A stretch of DNA of 57,003 bases. Source: Klebsormidium nitens (Eukaryota; Plantae; Klebsormidiophyceae). This document shows positions 34,605 through 49,300 of the stretch, one piece after another. A program made the translations under genes and the position numbers. Position 1 is the stretch's first letter, and the number at the start of each line of letters is the position of its first letter. The stretch is from contig DF237527.1 in NCBI GenBank assembly GCA_000708835.1, forward strand, positions 1-57,003, read 5' to 3'. Under the pieces are notes generated by a model, which was given only the letters and a program-made list of their open reading frames with translations, was not told the origin of the DNA and ran no database searches.

Positions 34605-37302
34605 TATTTCAATGCTGGTGCAGCTGCAATCCAGAAGCATAGTCATATGTGCAAATGCAAAGCTCAAGGATTGAGCTAGTGTTGTCCAGACAAACTTTCA
34701 GACAAGCAGGCAGCAAGTGCTTCTTGGAAAAGAATGCTGCACCTAGCTGCAATCAGACATCATGAATTTTCCTCTGCCTTGGGGATCCCTTCGCCTGTTG
34801 CAAGTCCAAAATGATGGGTTGTATTCAAAGACGCCCACTTACAAGGCACTTCAGCACTGCTCTGATTGCGGCGACGCCTCCATGATGATCCCCGCACCCA
34901 GCGGCCGTCTAAGTGGACGAAGACATGCCACTCCATGACTTACAGCGCTTTACGTCAAACCTGCCATCGGGTTTCAAGTGCTCCGATCATGGTTCCCGAT
35001 CTTGAACCGTTCGATCGAAGTCAAGGAAAGGCATCGGACGGCCCAAGATCAGGAACCCGGCTCAGAAAGTCTGGAACCCGATGGCAAGTTTGACGCAAAC
35101 AGCTGTACTTGCAGAATTCTGCTCGAAAGCTGCATGCGCGTGGAATCGTTTTCGGAGCCCTGGAAACGGATCTAAGCAAGAAATAAAAAGTTTCTGAGCT
35201 AAAAATCAGGCTAGGCAGCTGAGTGGGGAAATCAAGAGCTAACTTCCCCCGCAAGTTTCGGAGCTTCCGGTAAGTGTTGCGGCTACCGTCCGATGATGCC
35301 ACGCGGACAGCAATCGACCGGAAGTTTGACCAGGCCAATTTGATCCGTACCGACGGAGTGTACCGTCGGCTTAGATCGCGATCGGCCGGTAGGTACCCCG
35401 TAGTCTGCAAGTGTCGACTCGCCCGCCTGGCGGTACCTACCTCTTGCAGGCACACTGTTGACAGTGTCTATCACTGTATCAGGCTACCTAGGCTGCCACA
35501 CGAGATTACATGCTCTAATACCTTCAAAGCATGCATTGACATTCCTATGTCGCATGGGTTGCGCAAGAAGATACAAGACAAAATTCACAGAAAAGGTTTC
35601 TAATATTATCTCAAATGACAATGGTTGATTTTCGAGCTCTAGCTCTTAGCGCTCTATCCACTTCATGTATAGCTTGCCACCATCCGGCAAGTCCGACCAA
35701 CCTCCTCTTGATCCTTTGAGAGATACACCGCTTCTCAATAAAATGCAAAAGGACTGAAAGGACATGAGGGCCCCCGAAGAAAGAAACTACAAATACATCA
35801 AGCCCAATGGTAGGTATTAAAGACTCGAGAAGCATATTGTGCAGTCAGCAGAAGTCGGCAGCAATTCAGACGATAAAGAACATACATCAACAATAAAGTT
35901 GAAAAGTTTGACGCTATTTTGCTTGTTCAATATCATACCCATCCATGGAAATATCATTGGGCGAGATGTATGAGCAAAGAACGAGTTTAGGCAGATGAAG
36001 CGCTACCCAGCTACAACTTTCTGCAGCTCCCGCTGCACTGTGCTGATGTGCTAACATTTTATCCGATAACTTTTGAACAACGCCACTCCTCATAGTGTAC
36101 AATGGCTCAAAACATATGTACTGAACACCACAAAGCCGGATAAGGTCTCTGATTGGTCAGATCTGTTGATCTTCCTAGATTCTAGGAGGCGGTTTGAACA
36201 GAAATTCGAGCAATTTTCCAAAATCGAAACGAGTTGGACCTTTGCCGTTGAAAGGGTACCCCTTAATACTGTTTCCATACATGGTAATGGTAATTACCCT
36301 TGCGCACAGAGCCCCAATAGATTATGATCGGGCCACGGTCAGGCACCGTTAACGCTTCATCGAACGGCCGCGTTAAACATCGCGCGCCGTACGGTCGATT
36401 AAAAATTTGAGTATACGTCACCGGCGCACGTGTGGCTTTGGTAAGTTTGACCCCCGCAAAGTGCCGCACCTGACTAAAAACCTCGCTGACAAGGCTCTGT
36501 TCACAATCGATCACAGAACAGAAGCTCTTAGGGGTCTTAGCCGCAAGTTCGCGACATCTTCAAATATTCTGCCCAAGTACATCTAATGCATCGGCTACGA
36601 GGCCTTTGTCAAGTTTGGTGACGAAGTTTGGACGAAGTTCTTGATGATTCTGAACCACTCCAGACGGCTCAGAACTTTTGCTTTGGAAACACACGTGCAC
36701 ATCGACGGCGCAAGATTGTAAAGCCTTGCACTTCTTTCAATGTTTCATTGAAAGCGTCAGGCCCCGTGTCGGCGAGATCGCTTGAAACTTGAAATCCTTG
36801 ACGGAAGGAAGACGGTCGAGGCTCTAGAGACTAGAGTCTAGCTGCTGATCTGGTGCTGCATGTGCCTGCTGAGGCCGCTCTGCATCAGTGCATGTTGGAC
36901 TCTGCACATTGGGCAATCTTTGAAGAGGCGCTTGCACGACAGTGTCGTGAGGGCTCTTGTAATTGGGTAGAACGGTTGAGGCACCATGCAGAAAGAGCCT
37001 TACAACTCCTCCTGATGTGTCTTTAATGTTGTGTGTCTCAAATAAGCAATTGAAAGGGTGGAGGAAGGGGGCTTCCACAGCAAGTTTATGCAAAATGTGT
37101 AGGCTTGGGAGGTTTTCTCCAATTGGTGCTATCGAATCCTAGATCTTTGGCCTCTGTTCAAATCTTGGGTGCTTATCAGTGGGGAACCTGCATGAGGTCT
37201 TGGTTCCACCTGGGTACAGGGCAGGAGACGCAGACTTACATCATAGGTTTACGTAGTAAAGATTTGATTGGAAATCATTGGCAGAGAGATGTCAATGCAG
37301 CC

Positions 37303-40300
37303 ATGGCTTTGATCTCAGTGAAGTGCCCCGGCTGCTCTTGTGTCTGGGCTGGGAGTCCCCTTCTCTCCGGAAACTACTCCTCCCTCACAGCAAAACAGAG
37401 CAGCATTCCACCTATTTTTGCAACTCTCCGGACGCGCGATAGAATCTTACGGGATGGTTATTGCATGCGAGCTCTCAAACCGTTTCTCTTTTCTAGAAAA
37501 CCCTCGCACACACGCCAAAGGGGGGTGATCTCTGCATCGGCCCCTGTGGGCACTTTGGTGGAGATCGTAGCGGCGGGGACGCAGGCTTCAAACAGTTCCG
37601 GGCATGTTATTGCTAACCTGGCGGCAGTGGCTAATGTGGCGCTGACAGCTGTTGCCGTGGCGGCGACCGCATACCTCTCGCCGTATGCGGACGGCATTGC
37701 GGGGCGGCACGAGGAGAAAAGAGGTGGGTCTCTTGATTCGGTTTGGGGTTTTGTATTGGTGCTTGTAACATTGGCCGCGTCCTGTGGTGAAAAATAAAAA
37801 GAGTCGGGCACTCATTTGCGATGCTGAGGAAATTGCAAGTGCATCAGTTGTCATGCCATGCGAGTACTCCCGTCTCCGTTATTGCAGCATGCTTCGTCGC
37901 ATCAACCCTAAAGCCCACGTACACAATGTCATGAGGTTTGGTCAGCCCCACAGCTCTTGCAACTTCGATGGCTTGCGGCTGGAATGCATCCAGTGAACAG
38001 TGCCATACAAATGTTGTCTTGTCATTTCTTCAAATTCTCGGAACTTAGATTGGAACTTCTTCGTTTTGAAAATGTTCAGGGATAGAAGGTCTCGGCTTCG
38101 ATTCAGTTTGTGTTCCTTTTGCGGTTGGTCTTTTGAAAGTGCTGGCAAGCTTTCCCATGCTGCTGCAGCTTGCGAGGAGTCCCATGTGTATCAGCTAAAG
38201 TACTTGCAGTAGCAACATCTGCAAGTTTTTCCAATCTAGAGTTATTGACTTCAAGTTTTTTCTTCACTACACTTGGCTGCTTGAATAACAATCTTCCACT
38301 TACGTATTCCCCTCATCTCAGTGAAGCGGCTGAGAAGCGGAAAGGATGTGATTGAGGATATCTTGGAGGCGACTCTTTTGCAGCAGCGCCCAGCATCTTC
38401 TTGGTTTTCTGTAGAATGTTGGCATCGCTGCTCACTTACTTCCTAGAAGCCACATACCTGATACTTATCCTTCATTGTGCAGTTCGAACTATCATCGAAG
38501 GAGTGGACGTGACGGGGTTCCAGGTCTTTGCGGAGGCTGATGTGAGCTTCGGACTCCTTGAACTGACCTTTATCAGTTCCCGCCTGGCATTTGCCAGGGC
38601 GGCTCGTCATCATGTTGTCACTTTGATTCTCTCAGATTGTGATATGTTTCTTTAGGCAGTCTTCTGTCAAGGTGGTCGCTGATGATGGCAGATGCAGCGC
38701 AGTCGGAACGGAATGTCAGACTGAAATGAGTTTGAAGTCGGACCGCGAAATCGTATACCTGTGGCCGAAATGGTTGCTCTTCGGCTGTCGAACCGCCGCA
38801 AGCTTCAGCGTCGCCTCTCTGGAACCTGCGCGTGACCTTGAGAAGCTCCTGAGAGGCGCCTTTTCTGAGCCTGCCAAGTCGTTTGGTTTCGTGGGTGTAT
38901 TGTGCAACGTCTGCGGACACCTCGTCCAGGAGCATGAACTTCCAAAACGTCGGCATGCCGGTGTTGGCTCTGGCGAATTCAGCCGTCTCATGCACTCAGA
39001 AATGCCGTTTTTCTCTTTGTCTCTGTACGTTTCTTTTACCAGACAAGTGTGCACTGATTCTGATTATGGATTCAAGACCTGCAGGTAAAGCGGGCGATTG
39101 ACTATGCGAAGGAGGCCCACAAGGGTCAGATGCGCAGGACTGGGGAGCCCTACATCACGCACTGCATCCACACCGCGCTCATTCTGGCCGCTCTAGTTCC
39201 GGCGGAAGGATCGCGGGTGAGGGTTTCGTTTCCCTACGTTCAGACGCAGATCACTCATTTCAGAAGCGACTTTTGACTGGCTCGGTTGCCGAGGCTGACG
39301 AGCATCGCAACCGCTCCATCTCTTCGAAATTGTTTTAGACAGGCTTCAAAAGTTTGAGACGGTGGACTTTCCTGTCTCGTTGGGCGGGCTGGACGAAGTC
39401 CTAGCACGGCCGTCATCGAGATGAGCACAACGGAGAGCTTGTGGAGTGTGGAAGTGTTCTGGGGTTGCCTGAGTGCGGTCTTGTGTCTGGGCCTTTTCGT
39501 AAGCAAAGCGATTTTGACTAGCTTTTTTTAGTTCAGCTTCTGTCCAGCCGCATTCTGGAATCTTCGCCAGCTTTTGGTCACATGCCCATCAACCAGAAAG
39601 AGCGATTTGACCGGACTCGGTGCAAGAGTAGTGGATATGTTTTGGCCGTTCGCTTGGCGCATTGCTGACAAGGTGACCGCTCTACCATGCGCAACCGGAC
39701 CTCATTAAACAGCTGCTGATGAAAGAGTCCGTCAGTACAGTGTCAGTGTCTCTTTCATACTCTCGCTCAGACTGATGAGAAACCTTCTTCAAGTACGATC
39801 GGATTGACACCATCTGCTCGCCTTCCCGTTGGTGCAGATTCATCAGTCACCTTAGTGTTGCTGTTTCATTGCAGGCTGTAAATACGATCGTCGCAGGCGT
39901 GCTACACGACGTCTTGGACGACACTAACCGGAAGAGGGAGGACGTAAAGCGCAACTTTGGGGAGGAGGTGGCGGGACTGGTGGCGGGCGTCAGCAGGCTG
40001 AGCCACATCAACCAGGTATTTCATGATCCGTTCGTTACTTCTCCAGACCTAAGAATAAGTCTTGAGTCATTTGAGGAGATCCAGGATTTTCTTGATTACA
40101 ATGTCTTTTTTACATTCAAGAAGATCCTTAGAAATCCAGACAGAGTATATTGTCGATTGGAGTCGGAATAGGCTCAATCGGTTTGCGCGTGCACTTCTCC
40201 TCGTCAGATGGATAGAAAAGGGACGACGAGGTTCAGCCTTGGTTGACGGCTTTTGGGCGCTTGAATCAATCCTGTTGTTCATGAGGGACTCATTGGTTGA

Positions 40301-43300
40301 GGTCCTCCCGGCGATGACTGAACCTGCTTGTCAATCTTACTTGCCGGATGCTGAACGGGTGGTCACTTTGACCTTCATTGGTCATGCGGCACCTCCGAAG
40401 CATTTCCAGATTCATGCACCAAGTAGTACGAAGCGGTCCTGCATGTACAAGAGTTGGGACGTTCATTGACAGTAAAATGCTAAAATGGCTGTCTTGCATA
40501 AGTCTCTTTTCGGTCCTCTCTGTTTTCCTGTTGCATGCATGAAGATACAACATTCGGGTCGCTGTTGGTGCGGGGCAAAGAAGATGCAACGCCTCAATTT
40601 CTGCACTCCAGATCTCCACTGGACTCTGTTGCTCCAGCAATTGGGCCTTTGACCAAGTTTGTGGGACTTGAGTTGAAGGGAGGTCACTTCTTGTTCTGTT
40701 CTTTGCAAATGTGCAAAAGATACACTCAGTCTGTGTTCGACTCCAAGCACTTCTTCGGCGCCGGAGGCAACAACGGACTCCACTGCCCTTTTTGATCATT
40801 AGGAACACCTCATACCCATGCGATTTGTGCCTGGCTCCTCCTTAAGAGTCGAGTCATGTCTCTTTTGCAGCTTCTGCGACGGCACCGGCGCACCTCTGCG
40901 GAGAGGAATCCCTCTACCAGCACGGGCACGCTGACACACGATGACGTCAGCAACCTGCGCGTGATGCTGCTTGGGATGATAAACGACCCACGCATGGTCC
41001 TCATCAAGCTTGCGGACCGACTGCACAACATGCGGACCATGTAAGGGGGCAGATCACACCTTCAAAATGGGAGGTTATCAGGGATCTCAATCGCCTCTAC
41101 TTATTTATAAGCGGACCTCTGCTTATGCATGCGTGTTCAAGTGGTAGAGAGCTTGATGAGCGGCTGCACGACATGCGGGCTTTGTAAGCGCGCCAATCGG
41201 ACGTCCGAAACAAGAGATTCTGAGAAGCATGTGCTGCACCGATCTCCAATTCAACGACGTTTCGCTGTTTCTTTATTGAGGGTTTTGTTCTGCACCCAAC
41301 CTGCGTTTCTGCCCCGTGCCTCCACACGACGTTCATTGACTTCGCGTTTCGACAACTCGGATTGCGAGCTGGATTGATCAAGACCTCAGTTGCACGTACG
41401 TCGATCTGCTGAAGCCTCTAAAGTCTTGCTGCAAACGTGCGGACCAAGTGAGGGCACTGTTTCGACGTGGAAACCGAGACCTTATCGTCGACATGAGAAG
41501 CGTTGTCAGTTGGCGATGATCAACCTGACGAACGCACGTTCCTGCTTTTGCCAGGTCGTTAGCATTCGGGATGTAAGAGCGCACTAAGCAGGAACGACGA
41601 TCACAGATTCCCTTCTCCGCCTCTGCAGTTATGCGCTCCCGCCCAGCAAAGCTGCCGCCGTCGCCCAGGAGACGCTGGCCATCTGGTGCTCGCTCGCTGC
41701 CAGGCTGGGGGTCTGGGGAGTCAAGGCCGAACTGGAGGACCTGTGCTTCGCAGTCCTGCAGGTCAGTGAGTCGTGACTAGTTGAAGTTGACGTTTTTGTG
41801 AACCCCTATATCTGTGTCCGGATCAACTTTTGCCACTTCAGCGGCTCGCTCCAATCAGGTGTTCGGTATTTTCCACTCCAACCCTTGATTGTGCAGGTCA
41901 GCAAATCCCCTCGGTTTGAAATTCTCACTCTCGATTCATCGAGTTCGAGTTCCGTAGGTTGATGATAATCGCCGATCGGAGCTCTCCGTCTTTTGAATAA
42001 GCATAGTTATGATCCCAGTGGTAGTTGAGTGCGTCAAACTCCCGTTTTTGGCGTGCTCGCAAGCAAGTGGAACGCTCCGATCAGGCTGTGTGGCACGTCC
42101 GCACATACCTAGTAAACTAAGGTTGGAGGGGGTTTGACTTGGCTATTCAAGAGGAGCGAGTTTGTACCAGCCTGGCGTCAGCAGGCTTTGCTTTTATTGG
42201 CGCGGCTGCATTGAGATAGAATTGGAGTGTCCAATCACCATCCTCGCAAGTCCCCAAACGGATCGTTTCGGTAGGAGAATTCGATCGTGCTTGCCCAGTT
42301 CGTGAGTCATACCTCCAGATCGTCTTTCTTTTTAAAAACTCCCCACTTCCCTAGTCAAGGTTTTCTCTATCGCTTCTCTGAGATTTTTATTGAATGAAGC
42401 TTCAATCAGTCACATCGCAGCTTGAGTTGGTCTGTTGTAAGACCCACATGCCTGTACCTCAGTGTTTATACAGCTGGGACGCTTGCGCATTCTTGGGCCA
42501 TGCTTAATTATCCCTTGAAGCGAGTTTCGTCTAAAATTCACAGCGAGTTCGGTCTAGAATTCAGAGCGATTTCTCATCCGGTGTCGAAACTGCTACCCGG
42601 AAACCTGACCGCCCCTCTCGGTTTAGAAGTCAAATATGTTCAAGAATTGGTGGAGGGTGAATTTCAGCTAAAATTTTCTCACAACGTCCAAACAGACTCA
42701 GTCGCATCATCCGTTAAAACAATAGACCGTACTTCAGCATCATTTCCACACCCCCATTTTATTGAGCGATCCATCTGAAACGCAGCCGGAACTGTTCCGG
42801 AAACTTCGGGCGGAGCTCGCCGATCTGTGGACCCCGGAGCGCGACTGGCGCTTCGTTCGGCGGCAGGCGATGATCCGGGAGAGGATCCGCCAGGAGAGGC
42901 CGCAGAAACAGAACAAGGGCTTGAAATTGAGCGCAGATGGCGGGGTTTCAAAAGCGAAAAGGGAGAGGGAAAGAGAAGAGGACGAGAGGAGGGAGCAGGC
43001 TCAAATAGAAGAGGATGCGAAAGAGGAGGAGGAGCAGCCGTCGACGCAGGTTGGTAGTCTCGTTTGTCCAGAAAATATAAAGGGTATAGCTCTCAGCCTT
43101 CATTACGTTCCAATCACCCTCCTCACTGACGTCTGCCGGAATCCAACCTTGCGAGAGTACGACCATGCCCTTCTTCTCGAGGGACCTGGCGAAGCGATAC
43201 CGTTGGGTCTGGGTATGATAACTATGCACTACCTTCCTTACGGTTGCACGTTCTTTTGAAGCTAGTTATCTTGGGACCAACGCTTCATTAACAGGAGCAA

Positions 43301-46300
43301 GCCGCTTTCGGACAGGCCCTGTCTCTCTGGGCTGGATCTCTAACGTGACATACGAATTCTCTACTGTGTCCGATATCCCCTCCTTTTTGATTTCTTCGGC
43401 CATAAAAGTCGGACAGAGTACCGCTGTTGTGAAAGCCGCTCAGAGGTGTTATCCAATTTCGAGATTCGCTCCTTGAAGCGAAGTGGTGGCCAACCAACTC
43501 AATCGGCTCGTGCTTACAGGACCTGCTCAAAGCGGTAGTTCCGTTCAATCTGCTCACGGACCAAGCACGGAGGGGGCGGCAACGAGAAGGGGCGGGGAGC
43601 CTGGCGCAGGCGAGCACAATGCTGGATCAAGCACGGCGGCCCCACGAAGAAGGCGGGGAGCCGCACCGACCAAAGGTGAGGAACTCACTTTGGATTGTGG
43701 GTCCCAGTACTTGTTATGTAATATCTTGGCGTTCTGTGAATGGCAGTGCTTTTGGTATGTCCTGGAAGAGCTGCGGCCGGTTGGATCATGCGCCGCGGCC
43801 ACGGAATGATGCGACAGCCTATCAATGGAAGAAGGAGGTCCGCCTTTCATGCGATCAGTAGCGTCGGTTTCTCTTCTCGGCGAGTTCCTTTCCAGCATTC
43901 GTCCCGGAGGACAAAGCAGGTGCTTTATTGGCCAAAAGGGTAGGAGTCGTATTTGATGAGGGTGTTTTTTTATTTGCCTGCCTGTCTGGCCGGTTGCTCA
44001 GATTCTGTTTTGATGTGCAGGTGATTCGGGACGCTGCAGTGGCGCTGGCGGCGCTGGGTGCGTGCGAGGACGCGCTGAGCTCAGAGCTCCTCATCACGCA
44101 GCCGTAAGTGACGTCACAAGCCCTTCTCACATGCCGTTAAATCCTCGTCGCAGGCGGTTTGTTTCAGGGTTGACTCTTTGGTGTCCTGTATTGAGCTGGA
44201 AGCCGAAGGTGAGCGTTGACAGGTTCCGAGCAGAAAGCTTATTGCAATGCCCACAAAGACTGAAATTGATATCTGCGCCATCTCAGAAAGAACGGGACAC
44301 TACTCTTTAAACTTGTGCATGAGCGATGCTTGCAGTCACTCTGTTCAGAACCCGCTTCCATCTCGTTTTCAGATATGTACCTGGCATGGAGGTGACGCTC
44401 TCGGGACGGTTGAAGAGTTTGTACAGTGCACACTGCAAGGTGAGCCAATCCTGAAAGCGGAATACGATGATTTTCTGGTTCCTATTCTCAAAAGCGAAGG
44501 TCTGCTGAACGGTTCAGGCTAGTCCCTTAAGAAGCGCCACGTACCATTGACGGGCATCATCGACGGGCGCTTACGAGCTCTGAATCGGAGAGAGGTTCAA
44601 TCTGTCCACGGATTTATTGGACCTTGTCTGAGAAAACTTTTAGCCGTCAGCATCAGTTCGTCAAACATTGCTTATTACTATTCGTGGTAGACGGTCCGTA
44701 TAGTCGCCTTTCTAAAGCAGATTGAAGTTGGAGATAATCAATCGGAATGCCCTGGCCGGAGTTCCTGTCAAAGTTTACAAGTGCTCAATAATCTAGCGAC
44801 TGTTGTCGGATATCTTCCGTGCCCGACTTCTGGCGTCCTGAAACGTGTACTTAACTTGTCCCCTAGATAAGTCGTTGATACCTCGATACTGGGGGTCCAG
44901 ATACTTGGGATCAGTCCTTTCGGTGATGTACAGTGTCTGGTCAAAAAGGAGGTCCGTCCTACATGGGGCAGCTGCTTTTAGAATACGTACACTGATGCTA
45001 GTTGCTGCAACTTTCAACGCACTTGATTCCTTGAGCAACTTTGAAGCAGTGGTCTTAGGTGATCAGTCGACGGCGGCTTTTGGTTTCCTAGCCTTCTCTA
45101 ACTGCACTGTTCAATTTGCAGATGCGACGAAAAGGCGTGAGCCTGGCGCAGATCTATGACGCGCGCGCTCTTAGAGTTGTTGTCGGCGACGGGAATGGCA
45201 CGCAGCACGTGGCGGCTGTTGAAGGCTGCTACGACCTGCTGAGAACAGTACATGGGTGAGCGCTCACCTCACGGAGTGTCAGCAAAACATGTTTACCTTT
45301 TTGGGTTGACTATGAGGATTCTTTAGTCCAAGGCGACTGTTAACACCGCAGACTTAGAGATTTTTAAGGGAGTGATTGATTTGGTGCTGTTCTTTTACAT
45401 GCATATGAGTATAGGTGCATCGGTTTCAGACTGCTTCTCAAGCTGAGAATTGAATACGGTTTGATCAGTCGGGCGTCGGTCAGTTTGAGGAGGTGCATGC
45501 TTGCATTGGTGCGTCGCCTCGCTTAGGAGTCAAGGCTTGCGGTTCGGTTGGTAAACTCTCTTTCCTGTCCAGATGACTGCCATTCCCGCATGCACATTCA
45601 AACGACGTTTCAGGCTGGGTTTCAGCAGAGGTTACTTGTCGATCCGTTTCGCGAGCTACTCGTTTAGGAGTTTCGGAAGCATTGCAACATTGCGCAGGTT
45701 AGCGTTGTGACCTTTTGCCGATCAATCCTCACCCCGAGATTTACCGGGCAGATTAAACCAGACTCGCCGGAGTCTGGCACCTCTCTTGGCCATTGTCGAA
45801 GTTCCCGACAGACCAGATAAGGCCAAGTGACCGAGTTGCGTCCCTGTCGTGCAGGTTGTGGCCGCCGATTGGGGGCGAGTTCGACGATTACATTGTCAAC
45901 CCAAAGCCTACGGGTTACCAGGTCAGTTGCAATCCGCCTTTTACAGCTGAAGTACATCAGAATCAATCCACTGTATCAGCAACCCGGTTCAGCGATTCGC
46001 AGCAGGAGTCTACAGATATAGCGCCTTCCAAATGCCTCTCGTGTTTCCTTCTGCCGAAGAGAGCGAGGTTGGTTTTTGCCTTTGCGACCATCTCTCTTTG
46101 AACGGGCGGGTGACCATCTTTCGTTGAACCCACTTCAAGCTGAGACTGCCTTTGGTGGAGAATGTCCTGAAATCTACTTCACCCGAGAATTTTCAATTTG
46201 CTGTGGTTCTCTCACATTGAATAGACGAATGTTGACTGCCTTCCAGATCTACGGTCAGCTTAGTACACAAATTCGGAATGCTTTTCAGAGCCGGGGAAGG

Positions 46301-49300
46301 GGACTTCATACTTCGTTATACCCCAACCCCTTCTGCTTAGCATGGATTGCTGGTCGAGATTGCCAGCCAAAAGGTCCAGCCGATAATTGGGCTGTCACAG
46401 CCAAGCGGTTTCCCGATAATTGCCAGGGGTCCACTTTTCCGATCCAGCTATTCTCTCAAGGCGGGGTCTAGGATACTACTTTAAAAGTGCACTGTGCAGG
46501 CTATCCCAAAGACTTTCAACTTCTGTCGTCGCTCCCATGGGAACGCAAAGGCAGCAGTTCCAAGCGTCCCTTGTCTTCTGCAGTCTCTTCACACGGCGGT
46601 GATCGGGCCGGACGGAGCGCCGCTCGAAGTGCAGATTCGAACCCAGAGTATGCACGAGCAGGCAGAGTATGGGGTAGCCGCGCACTGGATGTACAAAGAG
46701 TCGGGCAACATGGACTTCTCGCTGGACTCGCTCAGTCCCTGGGGCAAAGGAAGTGGGCAAGGCGCCGACAAAACGGGGGCGGAAAGCCAAGCGGAAACGA
46801 GCGGAGTCGGGGTAACGTACCAGGATAAGTACCCCTACAGGACGCAGATCAGGGAGGGGCATCCCGCGCTGAGGATCGACGAGGGGCGGCTGTTAGCGGC
46901 GGTCGTTGTACGGTGGGTTTTTGTGTTGATTTCGTGCTTTCCATTTTGTCTTGTTTGGGGGCGCATGGGATCAGGTGACTTCCCTTGCGTGTCTGTGTTT
47001 GAGGTTTGGCACTGTGGATTCGAGCTTGCATTCAAAACTTGCTTTCTAGGGACGGGCAGCACAGATATGATGCACACGCGTGCAACGCTTGTTTTGGTGG
47101 ATTCCGCGAAAAACAGATCTCTTTGTCTCGTCGGCAAGCGGCAGTTCTTCAATGTATCCTGGGTCGTCCTACTTTTCTGTTCCTGAATCAAAGTTGCTGC
47201 GAATTTAGGATTCCCGTCCTGGAGTATCTCAGTCCAAGTATTTTTGCATGCCCATGGATTGCAAGCAAGGCTGCGCTGATCTTTGAAACAACCAGCCCCA
47301 TCAAAGGTGTTCCTTGTTGAGGGCGGAATGTCGGAATGTCGAATAGGAACTGGTGCTGATCAACGGCCTCCTGATTAACAGTACTCGATAACGTGGTTCG
47401 GGTTCCTGCAATGTCGAAAAGATTGCGGAATGATTTGGAACATTTGGATTTTCGGTGTGCTTTGTGCGTAAAACTGAGAGTGATCTTCGCATGCCTCTTC
47501 TGGCAGGGCGGAAAACGACGGGCGGAACTTGCTGGTGGCCGTCAGTTTCGCACTGGGGGCGCGAGAAGCGGTCGCGGCGGGGCGGACGCGGGGCCGACGG
47601 AAACGATGGGAGACATACGCAAAGCTTCATAAGTTGGTAAGTTTGACATCTTACGCCAAGTCATTTGTAAGTACTGAGGTTTCAATCTAAAACGTCTATA
47701 AGGACTCCGGGTTTGGTTCGTTGGATAGGGCCAAAGCGAGCAATCTGTATTTTTGATACATGTTGCTTTCGATCGGCAAGGGCACCTCTGCAGCTGGCGC
47801 TTAGGAATGAAGGAGCAAGAGCTGTGAGGAAGTCCTCAATATTGCCGGCCTTTCCATATGCAGCTGTTCTTGTGCTACTTTCCGTGCTTTCTGGAAGTTG
47901 GGCAAGCAAGGGGACTTCTGGTCCTCGAGTTGATCACGTGGCGGGCGCTCTTCTCCGATGGAGTACTTTCTGATCCTCAAGTCGATTACCTGGGGGGCAC
48001 TCATCTTCAACGGAATACTTGATTTGCATAATCTTGATCCTCATTGGATGATTGCGGACCTTGCTAAGAGTTTGAGGGTTTTGGGGTCCACAGTCTCGAT
48101 AATCGGGCGTTGCCGGCCCACTTTGCCGCATTCAAAACCTTCTTATGCAAGGTCAACCTCAGCTCAGCTCAGGTAGGGATTCCGGCATCGGGCGTTCGTT
48201 GGCCTACTTAGCCGCACTTCTGAGTCTGCTTGACCAACCGTAATCCCACTTTTAGGTGGGCGACAAGAAGTGGACGCTTCCAGGACACGGAGACTGGACG
48301 CACTGCCTGGAGCGATACACCCTGTGCTCGGATGGCATCTATCACAAGGTCAGTCAAGGCAGGGCCCCCATTGACAAGGATGCAAATCAGCAAATAATGA
48401 GAACCTTCTAAGGTCGTTGTTTGTATCAAGTCTGGAGATTTTTGTTGCCGATCTGTGCGACTGCTCGGGTTTCACTGCAAGGAGCGAGTATGAAACATGC
48501 GTTGCTGAAATAGCCGAGAGGAAGCGAACAATAGCCGTGCCTTGTTGAATGTCTTGGCACTTACGGCCGGAGCCTGTTCAGAAAAACGGCTGTCCAGCAG
48601 TGCGCGGTCGATATTTAAGCTTGACAAATAGGTGAACGCCTCATAAAAGCCCTTCTTAAACCCTGCTGGATTGTCAGCTGAAAAAGGCTTCCTCCAACTC
48701 TTGCGTTCATCTCGTGGGGCTCGAATCAGGCCGACGTCCTTGCAGGACGCTTACGGGTGTGAGCTGGCCACGCTTGTCCAATTGCTGCCCACATTCCCAG
48801 TTCGATTGGGATCCGAGCATTTCCCTTATCCGCACGCTGAAATTGACATCACCACTCCTGTAGGAGGACGCGTATGGGCTGCCCTCGTTAGTGTAGATGC
48901 TCCTTTCTCCGTTCTGTCGGGGCTCTGAAATGAATTTCAGTTCCCACGCGTAAAGAACTAATCATTTATGCAGGAGGACGCGTATGGGCATAAACTGCCC
49001 ACGTTTGTCCAGATGCTGGAGCTGAGCTCGGAAGAGGAAGAGGAGTACGGGGACATTCTGGGGAAGGTGGCACAAGGAATCGAAGTCGAGGACACCGATA
49101 TCGAAGACGAAGGGGAGGAGTTGGGCGCGGCAAACGGGGCTGGAATGCCCACGAATATGGCCCGGTTGAACAACAAGGTGCGTGAGCGGTTATCTAGTGT
49201 ATGCCCACGAACATGGGAAGCTTGATTCAATAGGTGCTTGAACGGCTGATTTGTTCTTGCGCCCCGGGTTTGCCGAGCTCTGGCGCCTGACTCCCGGTGT

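Noticed and set aside
35385-35445. 10-bp inverted repeat GGTAGGTACC/GGTACCTACC between MON1 and RSH
   Set aside because: A single short stem with a long loop, expected by chance in 57 kb.
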